Counted from the first letter of the stretch, positions 23,323 through 38,854 are shown. The stretch is 64,000 nt of DNA from Fistulifera solaris (GCA_030295235.1 AP026164.1:496001-560000), one strand, 5' to 3'. Notes: generated by a model from the letters alone, not told the origin. A program made the numbers and translations.

Positions 23323-26300
23323 TTACAAAAAAGCTTTATATCGCTTCACGTCTTCCTTGGTACTAAGCTTACCCGAAGCAACAGATTGGCCGTGGATACC
23401 GGGCATCGGCATATTCTGCGGAATGGAGATGAGGCTGGAGCCACTAGGTGGCACATTTGTCAATCTCGTAGCAATCGTAGATGCACCGAGCGAACCCGCA
23501 TAAGAGTCGGAATCATTATATTCGCGGTAACCACTTGAAGGGCCACCGCTTTTTCGAGTTTCGTCTTCAGAGAAGGATGAAGTAGACTCTTCATCAGAAT
23601 TACTTCCTTCCGAATCAGAAACGTCGCCTTCTTTGTCGGTCGCTGTCGTAACTGTGCGCGTCTTGCCCCAGGAGAAGTCGTCCATATTGGCAAAAGCGTA
23701 AATAGGAAGAATGAAGTAGAACACGGGAATACCAGCGACACAAAATACAGCGAACCACCACAGATAATCCCATCGCGAGCGAACAAGGAATGAAAGCATC
23801 TGTAGTGAGAACGAAACTGCGTAGAATATCAACACAAACGTATCGATAAGCTCGGGTTGGGTGATGAAAAGATATACCAGGTAACCGATGTAGATCAACG
23901 AGGCTGGGAGAATCATCGTGACGATCAAGTCCATGACAACGACCATCTTCATGGAAAACATACAGATACCACACATCGTTTGGACCTTAAGCAGCTCGTA
24001 CATGTTATGAAACGTAGAATTGATCCATCGACGGCGCTGTGAAAGAAGAATCCACATCGTGTGTGGCACGATCGTCCAACACATGGCTTCGGGTACAAAA
24101 CTCAGTCTCATTCCTGGGAAGTACTGCAAAAGCAGTGTTGTGAGCATACGGTCCTCTCCGAGCTCAAAGAGATTCTTCTCGTGAAGTGAGGGGATATCAT
24201 TGCGTGCGTAATCAGTGTAAACCAAATCATGTGCAATCAAGCATTTCATATCTTCTGTCATCACACGATACCTATAAGGGAAGGGATTAGTCCCGAAACG
24301 ACGAAAGATTTGTGAGGTGTGCCGATTAAACTTACATGGTAAAACAACCGGGTAAGCATGTCACGCAACCGAAAACAGATTCGAAAGCTTTCTTCAAGTG
24401 GTGACTGGAATAGTACTCAAACACTTGAATCATAGTGACCCAAGATTGCGCCTTGTTGTCTACTTGCGTCTCTCCACAGCAAGCCAGAATCTTCTTATCC
24501 TGTTCCATGCTGTACACCATGTGCGACATAGAGTCTACATGGACCCTGGTGTCGGCATCAATGGTCATCAGGTATTCGATGTCTTTCGCAGGCATGCCTA
24601 AACTGAAAAGGGCTTTCACCAGGGCCATGTCAAGCTCGCTCGGTTCGCGATTATAATGAATGCGATTGAACATGCCAGCCAAAACCAGCTGCGAATCACG
24701 CTTTCCTCGATTACCGGGACGACCGCTAGATTGTTCTTCTGGGCCACCACGCTTTACAACCACAACATATTTCAGCGACAACTCGACTTCCTGAACTTCC
24801 TTTTCGTAAACTCCTGCGTAAACACTTGCATAATTGTCACGCCGACGTCCAAGAGATCGATAATGATGAGTTTCGTCGTCTTCATTCATTTCGAAACCCA
24901 GAATACGAGCGCAGATCTCAGGCGTACTGTACTTTTCACCACTTCCAGTAATGACACCATCCGCGACCACGCACACTAATTTGTTCTCCTCAGGGTACGA
25001 TGTGTGGATCACAGAATCAAGAGTCTTGCGCAACTCGCCATCACCTTCATTGTAGCAAGGGACCATCACCATGACAGCCGCTTGCAAATCGTCCTCGGCA
25101 AAACTTCGATGAGATCTGTGGAATAAAACGACCAGGGAGTGAGAAAAAGGACACGATTTTTCTCTCTCCATGAAAGTGACAGCGTGAATCTTACCTGCAC
25201 AAGTAAACAAAGGAGCACAAAACCTGCGACGAAAATTTCAACGAAAAATTGTGAGAATAACAAAAACGATACGATTAGGGTTAAGGTTACGTACTTGCAC
25301 CGCCAAGAATCCCGTGATGAAGAAGAGAAAGAAATACCTGCACAGAAGAAATTAAGAGACAAAACGAAGGTCAGAAGATGATAGGATGAGTCATTTGCGT
25401 GTCAGCTAGGCTCCTACGGCCGGTGCCAGACCCTCCGAAGAGAATCCGACACCATAGACCCATCTAGTCACTTCTCAAATCGCATACAATTGCTCTTACA
25501 TTAATACACCGATGGAATTGCATGCCGGATCGTAGCGGTCGTCCACAACAGCCTCGAAGAAGAGCTGATCCAAACAGCTGGGTCGAAGGGGTTAGATTGG
25601 CGTTCAAGCCGTGACAACGTCATCCGTCCGAGACTTACTATAGATAATCGTCCGTGTCAAAGAGATCATAATAGATAGCAGTAGCGTCTTTGTTCAACTG
25701 GATCATGATCAGCCGGTGTAAATCTGCATAAAGATACGCGTTGGGGTGATCAAGGCTCTCCGAGATGGTGTTCGTCTTGTTGTCCCAAAGATCGCTAACA
25801 TACTGCGTCACGTTGTAGATGGTATTCTTGATACGAATGTACTGCATTCCATTTTGACCAAGCTCCCATTGTGGAATGACCAATTGTCCGGCAACGTCGT
25901 TTTTAAACTGTGCCTTGACGGCGTCGATGCCGACGATTTGATCGTGACAAGGAATTCCGGTCAGCAAGTCGAGTTCCGTCAACTGCGTACAGGTAGATGT
26001 ATCATGTGTGGCCAAATACTCGTTCTTGGTTGTATTTAAGCAAAACGCGGGGAGTCGAGCCGGTGCTACACGGGGAAACAGGCGACTAGCATCATTTCCC
26101 AGAAACTGTAGAATTCCATCCTTACCACCGGGGTGGCGATCGACGTAGCCAGCCATATCGTAGATAGTTCCAAAGATAGTAATCCAGGCTTCTCCTTCTT
26201 GCTTCCAAATCTCCGACTGAGTGTATTTGTAACTTTCTTTGCAGAAATAAAGCGGTAAAAGCCGATTCCTCCTACGGTTATGGCCGACATTAAAATCGCA

Positions 26301-27170
26301 ATCATGCAAATCGTCACTTTTTCACTGCGAGAATAAAATGAGCTTGTTAGTTATTGATGCCGCGAAACAGTTCAGCAAAGATAGCGAATACAGCAAGCAA
26401 CAACAATCGAGTTCAGCAAACAAGGACCAGAATCAGCGATGAACGTACCGCCACGCTTGTTTCGGACCAGCACCCTCTTTCGGAACGCAAGCATCCGGAA
26501 TCAAGAAAGTGCATATGAAAGCAAGCGATCGCCAAGCCTGCGACCCAGGAGGACTTTCGGGACGCTTGTAATCTTGCAAAGGCGGCTCGAATCCGTTTTT
26601 GGCCCGCCTTGAATTTTTGGAGGCCGCCGAGCGCGCACTTCTCGCACTGCGAATACTGTGTACCGATTTCGAGCTGGTACTGCGTCCACTGCGATTCGAT
26701 CGATTGCTTCGCACACTGCGATCTTCGCGACTGCCGACCGAAGTGTCGTCGGCGGGAGTGTCGGCCGGTGCGACCGACAGCCCGTGTCGGTATTCGTCGT
26801 ACAAAGCAGCATCGCCATCACGAGGAGGTCCAGCGTATCCGTCGTAGGGAATGGGCATTCCCTCGGGATAACGGGGAGGCGGGAAATTTCCGTGGGGATA
26901 AGGGCCAGGAGGAATGTATCCGCTACCGAGACTACGTTCCTCGCGATAGCCTTGACTGTAGGCCGTCGAGTTACCCCCGTAAGAGGTTCCTCCATATGAA
27001 GTGTCTCCATAGGACGTTCCCGTAAACGAGCCCGAGTACGAGACAGATCCTTGAAGCTGCTGTTTCAGCATCATCACCTGTTCTGCCAGTTCCGCTTTCT
27101 CTCGGGCTAAACGTTCCGCTTCTTCGGGAGTGTAGTGGCCGCTGTGGCCCATTCCGTTTTCCGGCATCAT
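23323..27170 (-). CDS. Chitin synthase A (division 2, cytochrome b5-like domain, no myosin motor)
   Basis: Motifs HPGG, VPCYNE, GNRGKRDSQ, DADT, CLPGCF, LGEDR, SQRRRW and DDFSWG. Exons 27170-26449, 26324-25639, 25577-25500, 25337-25295, 25223-25195, 25115-24336, 24271-23323. Frameshift at ~26257-26260. Confidence 0.95.
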
Positions 27171-28218
27171 TGTGGGTTCTTCAAATTGTGTCAGCAGCAA
27201 ACGATTTTAGGAAAAAGCAAGATTCTGTTTATGTTCTTGACAATCAAAAGATATGCTGTTGACAAAGTCTTTTTCGTCGACAGAAACCAAATAAAAATTG
27301 AGGTGCAGCTTGACCCGTCTCCGTCGCAATTCGCAATGCTTTGTTTATTAGGTTTGAGTCTTTCGGGAAATTTTAAGTACCGTATCTAATCATCCGCGAC
27401 TGTCCACCACCGGCTGTATGTATACGTAGTATTTCATATTTCACGTTCTTTAACTGGAAAGGAACACAAGATAGTTTGTTGGACCGGGCTTAAGATGGCC
27501 GTGTGTCTCGTCTACACCATAATCCATAGTGCCAATCCCTAATGCCAATCGTTTATTGGTTTTGATTGGTTTACCCAAGCTAACTAAGGACAGTTCGATG
27601 TGCCCTTTGCCACGAAGTAATCGAATCACGTTTCTGAGTTGGCATTTAGAGAAAGAACTGAACGTAAAACGCGCCAAGAGCAAGGATTCTTTCGCCCTTT
27701 TTCACTGCACAGCTCATTTTTTCGTTCACTTGTATGTGAAACGCAGTATTTGAACCGGTGCGATAAAAATGAGTGAATACTTTTATTAGGACACGGATTA
27801 CGATATGGGTCATCGACTATTGCCTCTGCCCCGGTCTTAGTCCGAAACTCCCATTTTACTACGTACACCATAGAATTCATGTAGTAGTGCGGTCCCGGTT
27901 GCACATTTTCCGGTACTCAGAAATCACCTTGTGAGTACGATAAGATTTATTGTGATAAATCTCACTCCTTATTGTTCCGCGTCGTTTTGGCCCAATTGTA
28001 CCAGGTACTTGTAACGGAAGTCAAAAGCGCTCGGGCCTCCAGCATCTTGCCGTCCAAGAAAGAGGAGGCCAACAAATCCATTGCCGTGAAAGTTTATCCA
28101 GACGTTTCACTAATCCCTTTTGACTTGCAATTCAAGAGAATCTTCTATCACCGAATCTATTTGAATACCCATTTGACTAGTAAATAGCAAGCCGCAGAGA
28201 CTATTTAAATACGAGAAA

Positions 28219-31200
28219 ATGGACACTTCGACAATCTCTTCCGCCAAGTCGGAAAAGTCGTCGTCTCATGCCTTGTCCGTGTTGGCGAAAATGATGCATG
28301 AACAAACCGAATTGGTGAATGCAATGGCGGCAGCAGCGAATCGCCCCGCACGTACCCCCGGAAGAAGCCGCGCGGATCGCTCAAGAAAAGAAGAGCTCGC
28401 GCAGCGTGTCTTGTACTTGCAAGGGCAAATGGCGGCCGCGACCGAAGATGCCAGTCGCATGAGTGCCGGCGGATCGACGTTTGCGGGGGCATCTGTGTTA
28501 CCGCCGGGATCGACATTTACGGCTGGAAATTCGACGTATGTTGAGTCACAAGGAGGTTCGACGTTCCCGGGGAGCTACATCGACGGAAACACTCATCCGG
28601 GGCCTTATGCGGGTCATCCGGGTTTTGTCAATGGTCCACCGGTTTATCCAGGAGGTTATCCTCCTCATCACTTCCATGGGCCAGGTCCAGTTTATCCGGG
28701 GGGCTATCCGGTTGGTGGAGCCTATCCTCCTAGTGTGGGTTACTCGCAGGATGGCTATTCGCAGGGTTACTCCCACGACGGCCACTCACAGGGTTACTCC
28801 CACGACGGCTATTCACATCATTCACAGGGATATCCACACGCCCCTTATCCTCCGGGCGGATATGATCTACCTCCGGGGCTGCCCTCTTACAATGGCCACA
28901 TGGTACCGCCCGGCCCTTACCCCATGGACCCTAACGAACGAAGTCAAGGATATGCTGGCGCTCCCTACATCAGCGGAGGTTCCTCGGTGCACAGCGGCAT
29001 GGGACGCAGTGTGCGAAGCAGTCACAGTGTTCGTAGCAGTCATAGCGTTCGCAGCAGTCACAGTCGCTCGAGTCGCAGCCGCGGAGCGCATCAACCCTAC
29101 GATGTTGATGTCACGTACGGTGCCGGACCCCGGGTTCCGATCGTCGTTTCGGCCGATTTCAACGGCCCGCCCATGGGTCGTTCCGATGACGAGTATTCGA
29201 TGGGAAGCCAAAGTTATCACAGTAACAAAAGTGGACGGTCGAATCGTAGTGGTCGCAGCAACAAGAGCAGTCGCAGCACCGGTGCCTCCATCAGCAGTGG
29301 TCGCAGTTCGCGCAGTGGAAAGAGTTCCAAGAAGAAAAAAAAGAATCATGGCTTTGAACCTCCTATTGAAGAATTTGTTCGAGAAGAAAATCCACCGGGT
29401 TCGCGCACTTGGAAGAATATTTCTCGGGCTTGCACGTTTCTTGTGCCCGATGCGTGTGTCCCGAAGGAAGGGGCTGGACCGAAGCAGGCGTGGCGGTAAG
29501 TGATACACACAACAAATCTCTACACAAAAGAGTCGTGCAAGATTGATTCTAACGTTGGCTTTTGCAACTGTAGTGAAAAAATTACCATTTGCTTGATTGC
29601 AATCTTCTTTTCTTTGCTCATCGTAGGTGGTATCGGTTTTCTGCCCATCTTCTTCTGCCGTTCATCGACCAGATATACTGCCGAGGAAGCCAAGAAGGAA
29701 AACCCAGATTGGGTTACCGTGTATGGTAATCTTTACAACTTGGCTGCCTATGAAAGTCAGCATCCGGGTGGTGCTGACACGATTCGCGCGTATCGCGGCG
29801 AAGACGCGAGTAACCGTTTCCCCGACTTCCTATGGGTTGGATGCCAGAGTATTGCATGAACTCGAACAAGACAGATTACATCAAGTCCAATTTCATTACT
29901 CCCGAATGTGTTCTGTCGACCGAAGAAGAGGAAGAAAACCCTTTCTGTCACGTCAGCACGGCGGGTTTGGATAGTGTCCGAAACCTCTTGAGTGATTATC
30001 GGGAAGGTGTTGTAGTTGTTCCCCAGTGGGATCTTGGAAGAGAAGAGCAACAATGGATTCGCATTGACAAGAACATCTACAACGTCACCCAGTACGTCGA
30101 TTCATTACGAGATCCTGCCACAAGGAGAATCGACACAAGCCCTTCGCATCCCAACGCCCTATTGAATGAAAACCTCCATCTCGTGTTGGTCAATAAGTTG
30201 AACCAAGATGCTACATCAGTGTTTTATGATGTTTTCCAAGACGATGCTCAGGCGTACATGGAGTAAGTGAACTTGCTAGCTGTGCCGACTAACATGATGA
30301 GGGCACAATCTCACATAGCCATCCCTAGATGCTTCGACGAGCTTTTTCTACGAGGCTAGGCTGGACGATCGATACGATCCAGCCTGCCGAAGCATCGGTG
30401 TATTCATGTACTTCTTTTTATTCTTCATCGCAGGACTTCTTTTCGTACAAGTAGGTTGCTCCCTTGTCTATCTGGCTCGCAAGCATCGAATTTTTCACGA
30501 AGATGATCTCCAGGCTGCTGTGATGGTGATGGTGCCTTGCTACAATGAAGGCAACACTGAGCTAGAGAAGACATGTAACAGTGTCCTCAGGACCAGCTAC
30601 CCTGTCGAGAACAAGGTGATGTGCATCGTAGCAGATGGTGTCATTACTGGCTCAGGAGAAACATGTAGTACGCCGGAGACTTGCGCCAAGATTCTCGGAT
30701 TTGAAATAGACTTCGAAAAGGACGATACGCATCATTACCGAAGTTTGGGAAAGAATCAAGACAACTTCGCCGGCGTCTACACAGGAACGTGGAAGAAGAA
30801 GGTCGGTGATGTCGAGCGCGAACTGAAGTACATTGTGATAGTGAAAAGAGGCGGACCGGAAGAAAGAGGCTCTAGTCGCGCTGGTAACCGTGGTAAACGC
30901 GATTCTCAGCTTGTTCTCACGGGCTTGTTCAATCGTATTCATTACAATCGAGAGCCCAGCGAACTCGATATCGCGTTGGTGAAGGCCTTGTTTAGTCTCG
31001 GACTACCCGCCAAGGACATTGAATACTTGATGACGATCGATGCAGATACTAGGGTTCACGAGGAATCAATTTCTCACATGGTTTACCACCTTGAGCACGA
31101 CAAGTTGGTACTGGCGTGTTGTGGTGAAACGCAAGTGGATAACAAGGCTGCCTCTTGGGTAACAATGATCCAAGTTTTCGAATACTACTCAAGTCACCAT

Positions 31201-32316
31201 CTAAAGAAAGCTTTCGAGTCCGTGTTCGGTTGTGTCACCTGCTTACCCGGATGTTTTACAATGTAAGATTTCCGATTGGAATTTACCAATTGAAAGCACC
31301 TATGAACCGTACTCACCATTTTTGACGACAGGTACCGCGTCTTCACAGATGAGTTGAAATGCTTGATTTCTAACGATCAAGTTTATATCGATTATGCCCG
31401 CAATGATATCCCTTCGCTTCATGAAAAGAACTTGTTCGAACTTGGTGAAGATCGAATGCTTACAACGCTGCTTCTTCAGCACTTCCCGGGCATGCGTCTA
31501 AGCTTCGTTCCGGAGGCCATGTGCTGGACCATTGTCCCGCATACACTGAAGATTCTTCTGAGTCAGCGTCGACGATGGATTAATTCGACTTTCCACAACA
31601 TGTACGAGTTGCTCAAAGTTGAGACAATGTGTGGAATATGTTGCCTGTCCATGAAAACTGTCGTTGTCATGGATCTCATTGTCACAATGATTCTCCCAGC
31701 ATCTCTTGCCTATGTTGTTTACTTGACCTACCTCTTCGTGACCGAACCCGAGTCGATCGATATGTTTATCATCATTTTCTATGGTATCACTTTCGGCATG
31801 CAGATGGTGTCGTTCCTAATCAGATCCAGGTGGGACTATCTTTGGTGGTTCTTTGTCTTCACTTTCGTGGGTATTCCAGTTTTTTACTTTCTCCTTCCAA
31901 TCTATGCCTTCACAAACATGGACGACTTTTCTTGGGGCAAAACTCGCACTATTGCTGGCGGAGATGAGGGACAAAAGAAGTCAGGAGGAGATGGAAAATC
32001 TAAGAGACTGGACTCCAAGGCTGACTTATTCCCGGAGGAAGCGATATCGAAACGTCAAGGAGGATCAGTGTCTGGCACATCACAGTCAAAAAAGCTTAGC
32101 AAATCGACGCGTGATTCACAAACTAGTTCTGCGCGAGGACCAAAAGGGGATGCTTCTATAGCTTCTGGGACGAACTCAGCAGTTTCTGGGGGACCAGGTG
32201 GCGCTCCTTCAGTAATATCTGGGCTCACTGGGTTTACCGAAAATTCCGGATTCGTTGAATCTTCATCGGTAAAAGAACCCAAAGAAAAATTGCAAGGATG
32301 CAAAGTGGAGCTTTGA
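28219..32316 (+). CDS. Chitin synthase B (paralog of A)
   Basis: Same catalytic motifs (DADT, LGEDR, QRRRW). Exons 28219-29495, 29574-30262, 30329-31262, 31332-32316. Homopolymer indels at ~29820-29823 and ~30343-30347. Confidence 0.95.
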
Positions 32317-32594
32317 GGACATATATAATTTTTTCGTTTTAAAGTCAGTTTCTTGTCAGTTTGCATCCTTGTTCTTTGTATTGTACTGACGTTGAGAAAG
32401 ACTCTCTTGTAATACATGTACCCATTCGACTAAACCTTGTTTGTTAGCTGTTTGAGTGCACAACTCTTGCATTGCTCTCCAGTTTCTACAGCTGTTTGAG
32501 TTCTTCTTCATTCAGCAGCGAAGTCGATAGGCTAAGGCAATTTGAAAACGTTTAGAATTATACGAAGTAACAGATTGAATCCGTCGACGAAAGT

Positions 32595-34461
<1,867 letters not shown>

Positions 34462-34749
34462 TTATGTACTGTTGACTGATTCCAAAGGATAAAACGTCGA
34501 CACAGGCAATTTGTCGATCCAGACAAATGAATGACCTGGTACTTGTAATTATCAGAAAGAAAGAGTTGTTTCTTGATGTGGTATCCTGACGGGCATGAAA
34601 CGTAACATTGACTTGGCATCATGTGTCATCTTTATTTGGCGGCCGCTTCTTTGATGAAGGCTGACTACTTGTACTGTAGTACGTCAGCCAAAGGCAATTT
34701 ACCGTCGACAGTCAGACGGTGTATGAATCAAAGTGTAAGCGACCTTCCT

Positions 34750-34977
34750 CCACGACTACATTTCAATCATGAATCGTCGATCGTGTGCGACTCCATGCTC
34801 ACTCAAGTCCATCCTTTTGCTCGCTGAATCAACCCTAGTGGTTTAAACATAAGGAAATTGTTCTTAGCAGCAGTTTCATTATACAAATCGACTCTTTACG
34901 GCAAAAGCGGTGCGGATCTTTTCAATAGACCGAAAGTGTGGCATCAACTTGGACCAAGACTGCATTTCAGTCATGAA
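34750..34977 (+). repeat. Second direct pair of the same dispersed motif
   Basis: Copies start at 34750 (2 mismatches) and 34954 (1 mismatch). Confidence 0.85.
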
Positions 34978-35284
34978 CAACGAGGCATTCTATAGCGATG
35001 TGCGATGTTCTTTGTTTAAACGAAAAGAAATAATTGTGTCTGTAGTAGCGCCATGGTAGAAAATTGATGCATCGTTATCTACTCTCTGTCCGGAAATATA
35101 GGCGCTATGGGTCGTCAGCAACCAGATCTTCGGTAGAACCAGAACTTGGTCGGTTACCTCAACCAATGAAAAATTTGATTGCATCGAGGACGCTTTGCTT
35201 TCAACACAACATCAAATATGTACTCCGTATTAACTATCATTTGTGCATAATTCTGATTTTTCATGACTCTTGGTGTCTTGCTTA

Positions 35285-35878
35285 CTAAACTAGCTCGATC
35301 TTTGCCCCCACGGCTTCTAATCTAGCTTTGAGCTCCTCCGCTTTCTCAGCACTAAGATCTTTCTGTAAAATAGTGGGGGCACTCTCCACAAATTCTTTGG
35401 CTTCCTTGAGACCAAGGCCCGAAATAGCACGAACTTCTTTGATGACTTTAATCTTTGCCTTGTCGTCAAAACCCGACAACTGTACTGAAAAAAGTACCGG
35501 AGCTTCTTCTACTGGAGCACTCTCTTCTGCACTGGATCCACCCGTATTACCAGACGCCAGCATCTCCAACTGTCGTTCAATGGCGGCATTTTGCTTTGGT
35601 GTAATGGTCATTCCCAATTTAAAGTTGATACTAGCCGTCAACAATGCTGTTTCCATGGTATCCAGCCACAGAATTTTGTGAAAGATCGAGTCCACTTTCC
35701 TTATTTGTTCTTGTGTGAGACGATGCGTCGTCCAAACGATTTCCTGGCTAGCCGGCATTTCGAGTTCTTGTTGCAGCCGTACGGAACTGTCGTGAAATTG
35801 CGCCCGTAAAGGACCTTGTAACCATCTCCGGGCGGATCTCAGTCCAAATCTTGTGCAGTTAGTACGTAATGGTACCAT
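35285..35878 (-). CDS. Ribosomal protein L7/L12-like, probably mitochondrial (paralog 1)
   Basis: C-terminal '[27 protein letters not shown]...[11 protein letters not shown]'; Arg-rich N-terminus starting MVPLRT. Confidence 0.85.
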   Translation of the reverse strand: MVPLRTNCTRFGLRSARRWLQGPLRAQFHDSSVRLQQELEMPASQEIVWTTHRLTQEQIRKVDSIFHKILWLDTMETALLTASINFKLGMTITPKQNAAIERQLEMLASGNTGGSSAEESAPVEEAPVLFSVQLSGFDDKAKIKVIKEVRAISGLGLKEAKEFVESAPTILQKDLSAEKAEELKARLEAVGAKIELV

Positions 35879-36415
35879 TTGTAATGAATGGAAAGAATAT
35901 GCACGATAAGAATGTAGATATAACAAAAAGGACATCAATGGCTCATCCTCACCCTCAACAGAAAGAAAATCGCGGGTTTGACGTACGACGTACTGTCCAA
36001 CAGCACGGGGACGGGCGGGCGGGTGTCCGGGCACGGGGCGGGCAGAGGGTAGCATGTGACTGATTTCGTGACTGAGGTAAGAAAAACGTCACAAAATACA
36101 GCAGGAATCATGCTGAAAACTATTTTCGACCCTTTGAATTATTGTTATCATTATTGATTTGATGTTGCTAATCCTTGATGATGTTGTAGGATTGAATAAT
36201 TTCGTCAATTACTCTCACGCTCCAAAGATTAAAGACGTGACACTATCGTGTAAATTGTAGGCGCCCGTTTCTCCGACACTCTTGACTGATTTTCAGTCCT
36301 GGATATTTTGACAAGTTTAAAAAATATCATCTACGAAGCATTTTGCAATTGTAAAATGATCAATCGCCTTGAATGTATATCCACAACATTTTATATCAAG
36401 CCAAGTGCACATAAG

Positions 36416-38232
36416 ATGATGAAAAATACCACAAATAGCTTGCTACGCTCTTGCTCTCGCTCAAATCAGCGTCAAAGACAATTATGTAGACAATTATGTC
36501 GCCGTTTGTCGTCGTCACAGACGTCCGCTTCTTTTAGTATTCTCACCGCGGATAGCAACGGGTTCACATCGAATTCTGTCTATCAATACTTTAGCAACAA
36601 TGAATTTGTAAGGACTTCTTTCGAAGATGAGCTTTTGCCTGTTACGAACCCCGCTACTGGTGATGTGATAGCTCATGTCCCCAGTCGCTTGTGTCCGAAC
36701 GAATTTCAAATTGTCATGGACCGCGCACAAGAAGCCTTTCGAACATGGAGAACTGTGCCTCCTCAACAGCGACAACGTCTCTTTTTGGAATATCAACGTC
36801 TTATTCGACAACATACAGACGAGCTGGCGAAACTCATTACCCTCGAGAACGGCAAAACGTTGATGGATGCTCGCGGAGATGTCTTTCGGGGACTTGAAGT
36901 GGTCGAAACGGCGTGTCAAATTGCTTCGAGTCATTTACTGGGAGACTCACTGGCGGGAGTTTCAAAAAATATGGACTGTATCAGCTACCGTGAACCACTC
37001 GGTGTTTGTGCGGGCATTGCGCCCTTCAATTTTCCGGCCATGATTCCGCTTTGGATGTTTCCTCTGGCCATTGCGGCGGGCAACTCCTTTGTCCTCAAAC
37101 CGAGCGAAAAGACACCCGGTGCAGCTATGAAGTTGGCACAACTTGCTGTCGAAGCCGGATTTCCACCGAATGTTTTGCAAGTTGTACACGGATCGACTGA
37201 AATGGTGCAAGAGATTTGTCAACATCCATATATTCGGGCTATTTCGTTTGTCGGAAGCAACGTGGCGGGAGAATCTATTTATCAACAGGGTACACTTCAT
37301 GGTAAACGTGTGCAAGCGAATTTGGGAGCCAAGAATCATGCAGTCGTACTACCGGACGCTATTAACAAGCAAGCGGTTGTGCAGGCCTTAGTGGGGGCCG
37401 CATTTGGTGCAGCCGGTCAGCGGTGTATGGCATTGTCGGTCGTCGTTTTTGTTGGTGTGGACTGGGTAGACGATTTGAAACAAGCGGCTCGAGCACTCGC
37501 AGTCGGACCCGGATGGGAAACGGGAGTGGACGTTGGACCTTTGATCACAAAAGAATCCAAAGAACGCGTGAAAAATATCATCGGACAAGCCGTGTCAGAA
37601 GGCGCCGAATTAATTCTGGATGGCCGAAATGTCACGGTGGAAGGGTACCGAAACGGTAATTTCATTGGCCCTACTATACTGAAATGTGCTTCTACCGAGA
37701 ATATTTGCTATCGAGAAGAAATATTTGGACCTGTCTTAACTTGTTTCCATGTGAATACGCTCGAGGAAGGTCAGTATACCTTAAAGACTCGGTGCTGGTA
37801 TGGCTCGCCCGTCTCACTTTGTAATCATATTTTTTGTTGCAAACAGCAATTGCTTTGATTAATGAGAACCCATATGGTAACGGCTGTGCATTGTTTACAT
37901 CCTCTGGCAGCGCTGCGCGTTATTTTCAGAATGAAGTCGAAGTGACGCAAGTTGGTATCAGTAAGTTTTACTTCTCCGTGTGATCGTACTGATCGCTATT
38001 CCTGTAATCGTTTCTGAAACTTAACGATCCGTTCTTTGCAGATACGCCCATTCCGGTGCCGTTGCCAATGTTTTCTTTTACGGGAGGAAAAGCCAGCATT
38101 CGAGGCGACCTGAACTTTTATGGAAAATCCGGTGTTCATTTTTATACCAAACTGAAAACAGTGACAAGCAATTGGCCTGAGATACCGCAATCTGATTTGG
38201 GAGGTACGACGATGCCCACCATGGAGAAGTAA
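36416..38232 (+). CDS. Methylmalonate-semialdehyde dehydrogenase (ALDH6), mitochondrial
   Basis: [41 protein letters not shown] and RGDLNFYGK. Introns 37770-37846 and 37961-38041; stop 38230-38232. Confidence 0.95.
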
Positions 38233-38854
38233 TGTCGACGCAACTTGAAATATATTGGCAACGTAACGAATTCATAATTCGACGATTTTCTTGACTGTAC
38301 AATGTCTTATGGTATGTATAAAGTATGCGTTGCTAGATATACGAAACGAAAAGCTCGTTGTATGGAAATCTGACTTTGTAAGTAAGCTTCGAGATGTATG
38401 CATTACTCCGAGCCAGGTAGTACCTCTATTACTCGTCCATCCTAGCTCGTCCATAGCAGTCCGTGACTTACGTTGTTCATCGTTCCTCGGACACGGATTC
38501 TTACTGTCGTCTGTATGTCACTCGGAGTTTCATCTGACGCCGCTCGACCGTCAACTTCCTCCCTCACTACATTTCTCGACAAAAATAGCCGCCATCTGAC
38601 TTGATCAACTACTCCGTATTGATTAACCAGACAATAATAATCACTACCTGTAGATTACATCCTCACAACATTCGTTCGCAGTGTAACCATCTTCAAACGT
38701 GTTAACGACATCGCTAGGGCTGCTTTAGTATAGGAATATTCTCGTCAGCGACGGCGCTCTGTTAGTGGACCTCAATAGTTTCCGAAATAAATAAGATCCG
38801 TCGACCGAGTTGCGGCCCTGATTTCTCTCGTGTTTTCATCTGTATCTTTAAAAA

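Noticed and set aside
28463..29508. 346-aa alternative-frame and 213-aa antisense ORFs in chitin synthase B exon 1
   Set aside because: Expected in GC-rich low-complexity coding DNA; only the 28219 frame matches the paralog (GFEPP...GPKQAWR).
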